Assembly (NCBI RefSeq): GCF_009914755.1
Contig: NC_060941.1
Direction: 5' to 3' (one strand)
Length of the DNA stretch: 64,000 nt
DNA from: the human T2T-CHM13v2.0 reference genome, Homo sapiens
Within the stretch, counting starts at the first letter, position 1. Each line of letters opens with the position of its first letter. The notes below the pieces were generated by a model. That model worked only from the letters and a program-made list of their open reading frames with translations. It was not told the DNA's origin and made no database searches. Position numbers and translations under genes: made by a program. This document shows positions 1 to 24,832 of the stretch, piece after piece.

Positions 1-1018
1 GTCTAAGCCACTTGCCTGCTGTCGCGCAGCCGGTAAATAGCAGATCCAGGCCTATGCGAGGCCCAACTAGTTCTTGAGCCCAAGCTCTTGAGCCTTTCAT
101 GGAACTGTCCTCCATCCAGCCTGGCTGGGCTTCCCAGGTGCTGTCCCAGGGCCTGACAGTCCCCAGGAGGGGTTGCCTCTATGCCAGCCTTGTGTGGGGC
201 TGGTGGGTGCAGGCACTGGAGGGAGGTCATGCCTGCCCCTCTGAAGAAGGGCAGCAGGACTCACCTCCTTGGTCACAGTTCCTCTCCCTATCAGCCATGG
301 GTGCCTGTGTGGTTTTCCATATGCTGACGCAGACCCCCAGGTCCACTTTCAGGAAGGGGAAGGCACGTACCCTTCACCCACCACTCCCTCCAGCTCAGGG
401 GCCCAGCCCCCGCAGGAAAAACTCTAGGTAAACTCCTGCTTGTGTGTGTTGGGGAACCCTCCTGCCCTCGTGCAGGCTTCCCTTGGGAGTGGGCCTGGGT
501 GGGGGACGCTGCCCTGGAGAAAGTCCAAGGGAAAAAGCACATGCTGGAGCCCCAGATTCTGAAAACAGGATGTGGGTTGGGGGCGCTGCTGGCCTCACCC
601 TCCCGACCTCCCTCTGCCCCTGGCAAAGCTGCTACCGGCCCCCTGCCCCCAGCCACAGGGGCTCAGGGTCACATCTCATCTCCCTTGACTGTCCAGGAAT
701 GGTCCCCACCCCGTCCTGTCCCGTGGCTCCTGCTGGGTCAGGCCATTGGCGCCACCTGGAAAAAGCCCATCAGCCCTGCGGGAATGGAAAGCAGCTGAGG
801 CGGTGGGCCAGGGTGGGGTGGGAAGTGGAGAGCCTACAGTCACCCTGTGCTGTCTGCAGCCTGTGATGCCACAGGGCCAGACCCAGAGACTCTACAATCT
901 CAGGCCCGGTCCTCCTTCCCTGATAGCGCCATCCAGCCTGAGAGGAGGTGTTGCTGACGCTGCCTCCATCTGGCAGCCGGTGGCCCATTCTCGGCCATGC
1001 CTAAAGACTGGGGCCGGG

Positions 1019-1407
<389 letters not shown>

Positions 1408-1452
1408 TCATGTAAGACACACATAGGTGCACGTATGTGTTTGTACCCAGTA

Positions 1453-2170
1453 ACTATCAGCCATGGTCAACCCCACCATGTTCTTCAACATCGCCGCTGG
1501 CAGTGAGCCCTTGGGCTGTGTCGCCTTCGAGCTGTTTGCAGACAAGTTTCCAAAGACAGCAGAAAACTTTGGTGCTCTGAGCACTGGAGAGAAAGGGTTT
1601 GGTTATAAGAGTTCCTGCTTTCACAGAATTATTCCAGGGTATATGTGTCAGGGTGGTGGCTTCACACGCCATAATGGCACTGGTGGCAAGTCCATCTGCA
1701 GGGAGAAATCTGATGATGAGAACTTCTTCCTGAAGCATACAGTCCTGGCATCTTGTCCATGGCAAATGCTGGACCCAACACAAACCGTTCCCAGTTTTTT
1801 ATCTGCATTGCCAAGACTGAGTGGTTGGATGGCAAGGGTGTGGTCTTTGGCAAGGTGAAAGAAGGCATGAATATTGCAGAGGCCAGGGAGCGCTTTGGGT
1901 CCAGGAATGGCAAGACCAGCAAGATCACCATTGCTGACTGTGGGCAACTCTAATGAGTTTGACTTGTGTTTTATCTTAACCACCAGCCCATTCCTTCTGT
2001 AGCTCAGGAGAGCACCCTCCACCCCATTTGCTCACAGTATCCTAGAATCTTTGTGCTCTCGATCAGTTCGCTTTGAGTTCCCTGTTTTCCTTGTTCCTTT
2101 CCATGCCTAGCTGGATTGCAGAATTAAGCTTATGATTATGAAATAAAAACTAACTAAATAAATAAAAATA
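1453..2170 (+). pseudogene. PPIAP54: Processed pseudogene of cyclophilin A (PPIA); probably PPIAP54
   Basis: Intronless [10 protein letters not shown]...CGQL* (1463-1953), 1-nt frameshift near 1741, PPIA-like 3'UTR, AATAAA and A-rich tail. Symbol recalled from locus context and less certain than the PPIA call. Confidence 0.93.
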
Positions 2171-2175
2171 AATTA

Positions 2176-4909
<2,734 letters not shown>

Positions 4910-5954
4910 TCAGAAAAGGGCCAGGAAGTGGCCACTTTACCGATTTGCTCACATGTCATTGGGTAGGATGAGCCCCACGACCACACCTATCCGCAAGGGA
5001 TGCTGGGAAATGTAGTCTTTATTCTTGTGCCCAGGAGGGAGCAGGGAGACTCCCTCGCTGTCACAGATCTGCTTCTGGCATTGGTCCCCCACGCTGACAT
5101 GGGTCGTTGGACTCACTGGGTTCCTCCCAAGTCTTTGCCCCCATTAGCTGCTCTGGAGGAAGAAGGAAGCCTCCACAGTCTTGTCTGTCACCTTGTCCCT
5201 AGGCCCTTCCAAACCACTGCACCTCTGGGCTTTCCTTCACACCCCTCTGCCAAGCCTCATCCCTTCTTTACCGTCCTTGGGCAGAAGGGTCATTTCCTCC
5301 GAGGGGAGCTCCTGCGTTTTCGCCCATTTTTAGGTTGCACATGTAGCAACCTTGCTCTGGAAAGACAATGAGTGTACCTGAAGGTGGCTGGGGCCTGCGG
5401 TAGCCTCTTCTTAGTGACCAAGGGGCTTGGGAATCCCTTTCTTCCTTTCCTTGAAAGCCCTTCTTTTTCCTGAGTGAACTGACAGGTGAGAGAAATTGCT
5501 TTGGGATTGGGGCTGGGGCAGGGGAAGGATTTGAGTCATCAAGAGGCATTTTTCAGAGTCCCTCCCCTGCACCCCCCCCACCACCCCTTTGCCATGCAGC
5601 TCTGAATGGCCTGTGTTTTTGTACATGTCAAGATGTGTAAGCAATCACTATCACTGCCTGTAGCCTGGGGTCCCGATCCTTTTTCCATCACCCCAGCCTC
5701 ATGATCCTGGACTTGGTCTGGGATGGAGAGTACTCCGAGATCCCTGCCCTTCCAGAGTCTCTCAAGGGGGACTAAGCAGGTCAGTAGTGCAATCAGGTCA
5801 GCTCAAGATCAGTGGACCCACAGACCACTGAAGCTCCCTGCCTGAAAACAATTCTGGACCCAAAGGGCTGTGCTTGGCACAGGCCCTGGAAAGTTACTAG
5901 GGGCAGAAGACAAGGTCATCTATGGATGGAGCTTCCTTTCTTCCACCTAAAAAC

Positions 5955-6423
5955 TGTCAAGCGCATCCATGTGAAGAGACCACCAACAGGGTTTGTGTGA
6001 GCAACAAGGCTGTTTATTCACTTGGGTGCAAGTGGGCTGAGTCCGAAAAGAGAGTCAATGAAGAGAGATGGGGAAGGGGTTGCTTTATAGGAGTTGGGTA
6101 GGTAATGGAAAATTACAGTAAAAGGTGGTTATCTATTGTTAGCAGAGGAGGGGGTCACAAGGTACATGGTGGGGAGATTATAAGACTCATTGTCCAGAAG
6201 AAGAATGTCACAAGGCCGATTGATCAGTTAAGGTAGGGCAGGGACAAGTCACAATGGTGGAATGTTGTAATGTTGGTTAATCAGTTAAGGCAGGAACTGG
6301 CTGTTTCACTTCTTTTGTGGTTTTTCAGCTGCCCCAGACTTCTTGGCTCCTGCAGGCCATCTGGACGTGTATGTGCAGGTCACAGGGGTTATAATGGCTG
6401 AGCTTCGGCTCAGAGGCCTGACA
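5955..6423 (-). mobile_element. Solo HERV-H LTR (LTR7 family, LTR7C-like)
   Basis: Minus strand starts TGTCAGGCCTCTGAGCC and ends ..TTGACA; 5-bp TSD AAAAC (5950-5954, 6424-6428). Confidence 0.88.
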
Positions 6424-6504
6424 AAAACACATTTATGGGTATAATATCTTTTTACACTCATCATGATGTATTGGAGCTACCTTGAGCCCAATGAAGATAT
6501 CGTC

Positions 6505-6933
6505 TGTAATGGTTAATACTGAGGGTCAACTTGATTGGATTGAAGGATACAATCCTGGGTGTGTCTGTAAGGGTGTTGCCAAAGGAGATTAACATTTGAG
6601 TCAGTGGGCTGGGAAAGGCAGACCCACCCTTAATCTGGGTGGGCACAATCTAATTAGCTGCCAGCACGGCTAGAATATAAGCAGGCAGAAAAATGTGAAA
6701 AGAGTGACTGGCCTAGCCTCCCAGCCTACATCTTTCTCCCATGCTGGATGCTTCCTGCCCCCCAACTCCAAATTCTTCAGTTTTGGAACTTGGACTGGCT
6801 CTCCTTGCTTCTCAGCCTGCAGATATGGCCTATTGTGAGAACTTGTGATCATGTGAGTAAATACTTAATAAACTTCCCTTTATATATATCTATTCCATTA
6901 GTTCTGTCCCTCTAGAGAACCGTGACTAATACA
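6505..6933 (+). mobile_element. Solo HERV-L LTR (MLT2A, MLT2A2-like)
   Basis: TGTAATGGTTAATACTGAG..CTAATACA; TSD tcgtc/ttgtc. Confidence 0.88.
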
Positions 6934-6999
6934 TTGTCTTACCCAAGAGAACACAAATCTGACTCCTGAAAGTACCGAGCAAGTAAGAGGGAATGTACC

Positions 7000-8060
7000 A
7001 TGATGCAACTGCTTTGAAAACCAGCTCCTCAGTTTCTTATGAAGTTAAACATACACTTAACATGTGACTCGACAATTCCACTCCTACGTATCTACCCAAG
7101 AGAAATGACAAGTTATGTCTAGAAAAGGATATGTACTCTAATGCTTATTACAGCTTTATTCATAATGAGCCCAAACTGGAAACAGCCCAGATGTCCATCA
7201 ACAGGTGAATGGAGAAACAAGATGATACCATGGAAAAATATTCAGCAATAAAAAAAAAAGAAGGGCCGGGGCCCTTGGTCTTGATCTCCTGACCTCATGA
7301 TCTGCCCGCCTCAGCCTCCCAAAGTGCTGGGATTACAGGCGTGAGCCACCGCGCCCGGCCAACATGGATGCATTTCTAAAACATGCTGAATGAAAGAAGC
7401 CAGACACAAAAGCATACGTACTGTGATTTCATGTATATGAAGTTCTAGAATAGGTGAATGTAATCTGTAATGCTGGAAATCAAATTAGGGTTTTTCTGGG
7501 GCTAGGGGTTGAAGAGGCACATAAGAACTTTTTGAGGTGATAGAAATGCTTTATATCTTGATTGTGATTGCGGTTGTTCAAGTGGATACATTTACCATTT
7601 ACAGCCATACCACCCTGAACTTGGAAGCTAAGCAGGGTTGGGTCTGGTTAGCACTTGGAAGGGAGGAGTTCACCTTTATCAAAAAGTCATCAATCTTTAC
7701 ACTTGGAATGAATGCATTTTATGGCCGGGCGCGGTGGCTCATGCCTGTAACCCCAGCACTTTGGGAGGCTGAATTGGGCGAATCACCTGAGGTAAGGAGT
7801 TCAAGACCAGCCTGGCCAACATGGTGAAACCCCATCTCCATTAAAATACAAAAATTAGCCAGGTGTGGTGGCGGGTGCCTGTGGTCCGAGCTACTCGGGA
7901 GGCTGAAGCAGGAGAATTGCTTCAACCCAGGAGGCAGAGATTGCAGTGAGCTGAGATTGCATCACTTCACTCCAGCCTGGGTGACAGAGTGAGACTCCGT
8001 CTGAAAAAAAAAAAAGAATGGGTGCATTTTATGTATGTAAATTACAACTCACGGTTGATT
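7000..8060 (+). mobile_element. Old L1M 3'-end fragments interrupted by an Alu piece, the 5S pseudogene and an Alu
   Basis: L1 3' motifs (caattccactcc..cccaagagaaatga; gaaagaagccagacacaaaag; tgtatgtaaatta). Confidence 0.75.
7597..7665 (+). pseudogene. 5S rRNA pseudogene (internal deletion, 3'-truncated); probably RNA5SP441
   Basis: Matches 5S nt 1-24 (..ACAGCCATACCACCCTGAAC) joined to nt 45-89 (TTGGAAGCTAAGCAGGGT..GGGAG). Confidence 0.9.
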
Positions 8061-8305
8061 AAAAAGAAAAAAGCAATGCATATCTGTGCTGAAAATCATT
8101 GAGGTGACAATGAAAACAGAGAGTAAGACTTTCTCTAAGTCATCATTACACATCTCTCTCTCACCTCTCCGGTGGACTTCTTTCCTTCTTCTCCCCCTCC
8201 TCCTCCTTTTTGTCCTCCTACACTCCACACTGGTCACCCTCTCCTCTTTTGTTGACTGTCTTTTCCCTATTCTTTATGAAATAGGGTAATCTGGCTTGCT
8301 CCTGA

Positions 8306-8787
8306 TGATGCAGGACAGGCAAGCCCCAAAAGTGAGGCTTAGCCCAAGAGAGTTTTTGGCTTTGCCCAGGAAAGAATTTAAGGGTGAGCTGGTGGTGTTA
8401 GCAATTTTTATTGACGCATTGATGCACAGCAGCAGCAGAGGTGCTGCTCCATGCGGAGCGGGGCTACCCCATAGGCAATGTGCCCAGAGAAGCAGCTCAG
8501 AGGCAGGTCTGCAGTCACATGCATACCCACTTTTAGTTATATGCAAATTAAGGGGAGGTTTATGCAGAAATTTTTAGGAAAAGGATGGTAACTTCCCGGT
8601 GGTTAGGTTGTTGCCATGGAAAGGGGCGGTAACTCCCCTGGGTGTTGCCATGGCAATGGGAAACTGACAGGGCCCACTGGTGGGCACTGACGGAAAGCTG
8701 CTTCCACTCATCCCTGTTTTAGCTAGTCCTCAATTTTGTCCGGTGTCCCAGGCCTGCCCGCAGAGTCGAGTCCCGCCTCCTACCTCA
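8306..8787 (-). mobile_element. Solo ERV1 LTR (MER66-like)
   Basis: Minus strand TGAGGTAGGAGGCGGGACTCGACTC..CCTGCATCA; subfamily from memory. Confidence 0.7.
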
Positions 8788-9160
8788 CTATCAGTTTGAA
8801 TTTCTAATGTTTGAGTTACACATTTTCCCCCCCTTTTTGTGGAGAATAGGTTCTAGCTATATTGCCCAGGCAGGTCTGAACTCCTGGGCTCAAGATATCT
8901 GCCCGCCTCTGCCTCTCTAAGAACTGGGATTCCAGGCGTGAGCCACAGCGCCCCGTGAGTTTCTAATGTTTGAAAGGGATTTTGAGCTCAAAATCAGTAT
9001 CCTTGGGTTTGAATTTATTTACAGTTGATCAAAACTTTAAATTTTAAAAAATCCAATTTTTTCCTTTTAAGCCTTCAGGTCCAATTTACACAGTTTGTTA
9101 TTCTAGTTATACATTTAATAATTTGGGGCCGGGCACGGTGGCTTACACCTGTAATCCCAG

Positions 9161-10780
9161 TGAGAGGTGACAGTGTGCTGGCAGCCCTTGCTCGCTCTGG
9201 GTGCCTCCTCTGCCTGGGCTCCCACTTCGGTGGCACTTGAGGAGCCCTTCAGCCCACCGCTGCACTGTGGGAGCCCCTTTCTGGGCTGGCCAAGGTCGGA
9301 GCCGGCTCCCTCAGCTTGCAGGGAGGTGTGGAGGGAGAGGCGCAAGCAGGAACCGGGGCTGCACGCTCGGCCCTTGTGGGCCAGCTGGAGTTCCGGGTGG
9401 GCGTGGACTTGGCAGGCCTTGCACTCGCACTCAGAGCGGCCTGCCGGCCCTGCTGGCCCCGGGCAATGAGGGGCTTAGCATCCGGGCCAGCGGCTGCAGA
9501 GGGTGTGCTGGGTTCCCCAGCAGTGCCGGCCCACTGGCACTGTGCTCCATTTCTTGCTGGGCCTTAGCTGCCTCCCCACGGGGCAGGGCTCGGGACCTGC
9601 AGCCTGCCATGCCTGAGCCTCCCCTCCTGTGGGCTCCTGTGCGGCCCAAGCCTCCTCGACGAGCACTGCCTCCTGCTCCACGCACCCAGTCCCATCGACC
9701 ACCCAAGGGCTGAGGAGTGCAGGCACACGGCACGGGACTGGCAGGCAGCTCCACCTGCAGCCCTGGTGCGGGATCCACTGGGTGAAGCCAGCTAGGCTCC
9801 TGAGTCTGGTGGGGACTTGGAGAACCTTTATGTCTAGGCTAGGGGATTGTAAATACACCAATTGGCACTCTGTATCTGGCTCAGGGTTTGTGAATGCACC
9901 AATCGACACTCTGTATCTAGCTACTCTGGTGGAGACTTGGAGAACCTTTATGTCTAGCTAAGGGATTGTAAATACACCAATCATCACTCTGTATCTAGCT
10001 CAAGGTTTGTAAACACACCAGTCAGCACCCTGTGTCTAGCTCAGGGTTTGTGAATGCACCAATTGACACTTTGTATCTAGCTACTCTGGTGGGGACTTGG
10101 AGAACCTTTGTGTGGACACTCTGTATCTAGCTAATCTAGTGGGGACATGGAGAACTTTTTTGTCTAGCTCAGGGATTGTAAACGCACCAATCAGCACCCT
10201 GTCAAAAACGGACCAATCAGCTCTCTGTAAAATGGACCAATCGGCTCTCTGTAAAATGGACCAATCGGCTCTCTGTAAAATGGACCAATCAGCAGGATAT
10301 GGGTGGGGCCAGATAAGAGAATAAAAGCAGGCTGCTGGAGCCAACAGTGGCAACCCACTGAGATCACCTTCCACATTGTGGAAGATTTGTTGTTGTACGG
10401 TTTTCAGGTTGTACAGATCTTACTGCTGTCTCTCTTTGGGTCCACATTGCCTTTATGAGCTGTAACACTCACCTGGAAGGTCTGCGTCTTCACTCTTGAA
10501 GCCAGTGAGGCCATGAACTCACCAGGAGGAATGAATAACTCCACACGCGCCCCCTTAAGAGCTGTAACACTCACCGCGAAGGTCCGCAGCTTCAGTCCTC
10601 AGCCAGCGAAACCACAAACCCACCAGAAGGAAGAAACTCCAAACACATCCAAACAGCAGAAGGCAGCAGAAGGAACGAACTCCGCACACACTGTTTTTAA
10701 GAACTGTGACACTCACCGCGAGGGTCCACAGCTTCATTCTTTAAGTCAGTGAGACCAAGAACCCACCAATTCCGCACCCA
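9161..10780 (+). mobile_element. Solo ERV9 LTR (LTR12C) inserted into an Alu
   Basis: TGAGAGGTGACAG start; tandem CCAAT repeats (24-bp GGACCAATCRGCTCTCTGTAAAAT units, ~10210-10290); 4-bp TSD CCAG (9157-9160, 10781-10784). Confidence 0.93.
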
Positions 10781-11150
10781 CCAGCACTTTGGGAGGTCGA
10801 GGCCAGCGGATTGTCTGAGCTGAAGAGTTCGAGATGAATCTGGGTAATACGGTGAAACCCAATCTTTACTAAAATACAAAAAATTAGCGGGGAATGGCGG
10901 CCTGCGCCTGTAATCCCACTCCGGAGGCTGAGGCGGAAGAATTGTTTGAACCTGGGCGGTGGAGGTTGCAGTGAACTGAGATTGTGCCATTGCACTCCAA
11001 CGTGGGCAACAGCAAGACTGTCTCTCAACAAAATAATAATAAGAATAATCACTTTCACGTATTATCTAATTTTTAATTACCTCACTTTTGAGAAGTCAAA
11101 TTTGCCTAAGCATAAAACATCTAATTGATTACATTTCTAAACACTTCTAA

Positions 11151-11578
<428 letters not shown>

Positions 11579-12204
11579 TAATTCAGGTTCTTTTAAGTTT
11601 TACAAAAATGTTATAATGTTTACAAATTTAATCAAGTTCCTTAAGCCTTTCAATGTTAAATCATACCTAGAAAATTGTGCATTTAAATTGAAAAAAACAG
11701 CTGGGTTCCAAGATTTGAGGGAGAGTAAAAACCAAAACCAAAAGAAACAGCTGGGTGTAGGCGTGGTGGCAAGTGTCTGTAGTCCCAGCTACACAGGAGG
11801 CCTAGATGAGAGGATCATTTGAGCCCAGGTAGTAGAGGCTGCAGTGAGCCATAGCCGTGCCATTGCATTCCAGCCCGGGTGACAGAGCAAGACTCTTGTC
11901 TCTTAAAAAAAATTGAAATTACAAGGCAAATCTGAAAGATTCTCTAATGTGACAGGTTGAAAGAATGTTACGTTCTCTTAAACATTAGAGACATTTAAAA
12001 TATGCAATACAGACACATTATCCTGATGACTTTTAACACTAAATTATAAATACTATGGGTTTGATTACCTTATCATTTCCATATTATTTCTTTACCCTCA
12101 GGGATGTAAAGTCATCTGTCCCACTCCGAACAGTTTGACCATGTCAGGTGGACAGAGGATTTCTACATTAAAAATAAATGAAGACTGAGATTTAGGGTTA
12201 GTGA

Positions 12205-12411
<207 letters not shown>

Positions 12412-12865
12412 TAGAGATGGGGTTTCACCATATTGGCCAGGCTGGTCTTGGACTCCTGACCTCGTGATCCGCCCACCTCAGCCTCCTAAAGCACTGGGAT
12501 TAGAGGCGTGAGCCACCGCACCAGGCCCAGGTTGCTTCTTTTCTTGTAGTTGAGCCTGTCTGTTTTATCAGCAGCAGTCCCCAAGTTCACCCCTTTCAGT
12601 GGGAATTTGTTTTATAACTCACTTTGTCTAATTGTTCGCTCATGATTAGGTTCAAGTTAAGTCTTTTTGGCAAGGATACTCCATGAGTGATGATGTACGC
12701 TTCCCATTGCATCACATCAGGAGCACATTATGGCATTTGGTCTCATTACTGGTGTACCAAGTTTGATCACTTAGTTAATGTGGTGTCTGCCAGAGCGCTC
12801 CACCTTTTCACTTTGTAATTTATCAAAGATGGGTTTTTATGTTCTCATATTTAGTCTTTTCATAG

Positions 12866-21483
<8,618 letters not shown>

Positions 21484-22014
21484 TGAAAGGGCTAATTCCT
21501 CCATATCTTTGTCAACACTACTTTTGGGTTTTGTTCAGTTTATCCCTCTGTAACTCAAGATTACTTTTTTTATAGTTACTTTTTAAATAGTTTTTGACAT
21601 TTAAATATTTCATCTATTTGAACTTAATTTTGGTGTAAGGTGTGAAAGAGATTTATCTGATTTTTTTTCTAAATGGATTAGCCAGTTGCCTCAATATATC
21701 TTACTGATACCATCAAGTAGTTGACTAGGTTATCAAAATAGTTGTTAAAGGAAGGTATCATTAAAAAAAAAAGATACATGCATATTTACTGATCAAGTGT
21801 GGTGGAGATGAAGAACTTAGTCCTCATGTATAAAATCTCAATAAAGAGTCTTTGGCCTTAATTAGGTCTTAATGCCTATCTCTTGGACTTATCACCTTAG
21901 CCAGAGGCTGTAAGGTCTGTCACAATATGATTGGAATGCTTCTGAAAGGGAAGTGAAGACTATATTTTAGAATAAGGAAAAGGGTGTAGTGTGTGTTTTA
22001 AAAGAGGCATTCTA

Positions 22015-23012
22015 TGGGTTGCAATGTTTAGAACATTTTATTAAAGTACAAAATTGTTGGAATTTAGCTAATAGAAAAACATAGTAAATATTTACAAAAA
22101 CGTTGATAACATTACTCAAGTCACACACATATAACAATGTAGACAGGTCTTAACAAAGTTTACAAATTGAAATTATGGAGATTTCCCAAAATGAATCTAA
22201 TAGCTCATTGCTGAGCATGGTTATCAATATAACATTTAAGATCTTGGATCAAATGTTGTCCCCGAGTCTTCTGCAATCCAGTCCTCTTAGAAATTGGTTT
22301 CTCTCTTTGGGAGATTCAGACTCAGAGGCAGCCAGAGGGGACAGGTCAAGAGCTGAAATAATCACATAACTACTCTAATTTTCTTCATTCTATTGACTGT
22401 GTCAAGTTATAGACACAGCCAAAGTGTTTTTCTTCGGCCTCTGATGATTTGAGAAGATGAAGAACATGAGCAATTTCTCATTGCTTAAAGAAAAACTTGG
22501 CACATAAGAGGCTGAGTGTAGTAGAGTATCTGTACTAGAACCATAAAGTTCTATCTGATGGTAAATTATGTATAAAACTAAGATAAAACAGATAATTATG
22601 CTCTATCTCATATCTACTGAAAGTAGAAAAGGAGGAAGAGTGACACTTTTAAATCAAACTGCTCTAGTTTTAGCTTAGTGGATGGTTAATAAACACACTG
22701 CTTTACGCTGAAGTGATCAGATAGCTATTTCTACAGTTCAGAAGAACTTAAAAATCAGGTTTTAAAGACAAAAGAAAGCAGACTCAAAACACAGACAAAG
22801 CAGAGAAGAAAACAATGCCCATGAGATGGTCACTATTTAGACAGTATTATAAAAAGCTAAAGAACACTTGGGCTTTACTTCACTTTGATGTCTTGTACTA
22901 AAAACACCTTCCCCAAACTAAATTCAGAGGGGAGGAAGTTAAGAGCTTCAGGTAACTTTAAAACCAGTCTTGGGCTTGGTAAGATAATTACTTAAAATAA
23001 TCGCCTCACATT
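22015..23012 (-). other. TOP2A: TOP2A 3'UTR (~1 kb, AU-rich)
   Basis: Repeat-free stretch between the stop codon and the AATAAA; end approximate. Confidence 0.85.
22037..22042 (-). terminator. TOP2A polyadenylation signal AATAAA
   Basis: tttatt on + strand at the end of the 3'UTR. Confidence 0.85.
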
Positions 23013-23141
23013 TTAAAACAGATCATCTTCATCTGACTCTTCCAGGTACTTTATAGGTTTCTTTGCCCGTACAGATTTTGCCCGAGGAGCCACAGCTGAG
23101 TCAAAGTCCATATGGAAGTCATCACTCTCCCCCTTGGATTT
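23013..23141 (-). CDS. TOP2A: TOP2A exon 35 coding part (KSKGE...DDLF*)
   Basis: 129 nt ending in TAA. Confidence 0.97.
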   Translation of the reverse strand, partial: KSKGESDDFHMDFDSAVAPRAKSVRAKKPIKYLEESDEDDLF

Positions 23142-23458
23142 CTAAAAGAGAAAAGCCCAGGTAACTTGCACATTGTAAATCTGACAACATAATTGTAATG
23201 TAAAAAAATGTATCAAGACACTATATTCAAGGAGTTTTCTATTTTCTACCAAGTAATAAGAAGCAGATCTAAGGCCAACTCTTCCATTGCCCAAATAAGT
23301 GGCATATTTAACTTTGTTAAAACTAAATATGTACAGTAAAAGCTAACAGAATATGAGAGTTAATTTTCTTAAAGATATGCCAAATTTTTAAGAGCAATGG
23401 CTTAGTTACGTGTTTCAGAACATCTACAGCAAAAGGACTGACTAGGATCAACACTCAC

Positions 23459-23862
<404 letters not shown>

Positions 23863-24110
23863 TAGTAGAGATGGGATTCCACCATGTTGGTCAAGCTGGT
23901 CTCAAACTCCTGACCTCAGGTGATCCACTCGCCTCGGCCTCCCAAAGTGCTGGGATTACAGGCATGAGCAACCGCGCCTGACCTAGTCACAGCCACTCTT
24001 AGATGAATTGTTCTCATTGCGAACTTTCTTCAGCAATGTGATGACTGTATATTTAACATAGGAAAAGACAATCTAAGAGAGGTGAAAACAGAGAATCAAA
24101 GTATTCTTAA

Positions 24111-24419
<309 letters not shown>

Positions 24420-24713
24420 TAAACTTAATTCAATTTCAAGAATACGTTTTACGTTAAACATTGCAATTGCTTATAAATCCTATCCTTGTCACAGAAATGA
24501 ACTAGATGAAGCCTGGTACTGAGAGAAACTCACTGATTTTAAACATTTGGACTACCTTATTTTTGGAGACAGGGTCTTGCTCTCTCACTCAGGCTGGAGT
24601 GCAGTGGCTTGATCATATAGCTCACTGCAGCCTTGAACTCCTGGCCTCAAGCAATCCTCTTGTTTTAGCCTCCCAAAGTGCTGGGATTACAGGCATGAGC
24701 CACTCTGCCTGGC

Positions 24714-24832
24714 TTTTGTTTTGTTTTTTGACTAGTCAAGTGCAGTAGTGAGAAGGAGGGAAAAGAGTAGAACAAGGAGTTTGATCTGTAACTGAACAAT
24801 CAATAGAGATAACTTACTGTTTTGGAACAGCC
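24714..24832 (-). pseudogene. Y1 RNA (RNY1) retropseudogene with A-rich tail, in TOP2A intron 33
   Basis: Reverse complement GGCTGTTCC..AGTTATCTC..TTGATTGTTC..ACTCCTTGTTCTACTC..CTGCACTTGACTAGTC matches hY1. Confidence 0.92.

Noticed and set aside
741-760. CTCF-like CCAGGTGGCGCC on the minus strand
   Set aside because: The 5' half of the motif mismatches; too weak without ChIP data.
3-1018. Many overlapping ORFs on both strands at the window start
   Set aside because: GC-rich sequence with few stops, several non-ATG starts and no recognisable domain.
9115-10752. ORFs up to 170 aa, including repeats such as WSILQRAD and KMDQSALC
   Set aside because: All inside LTR12C; the peptide repeats mirror its 24-bp CCAAT repeats. 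Not a CRISPR array: no unique spacers.
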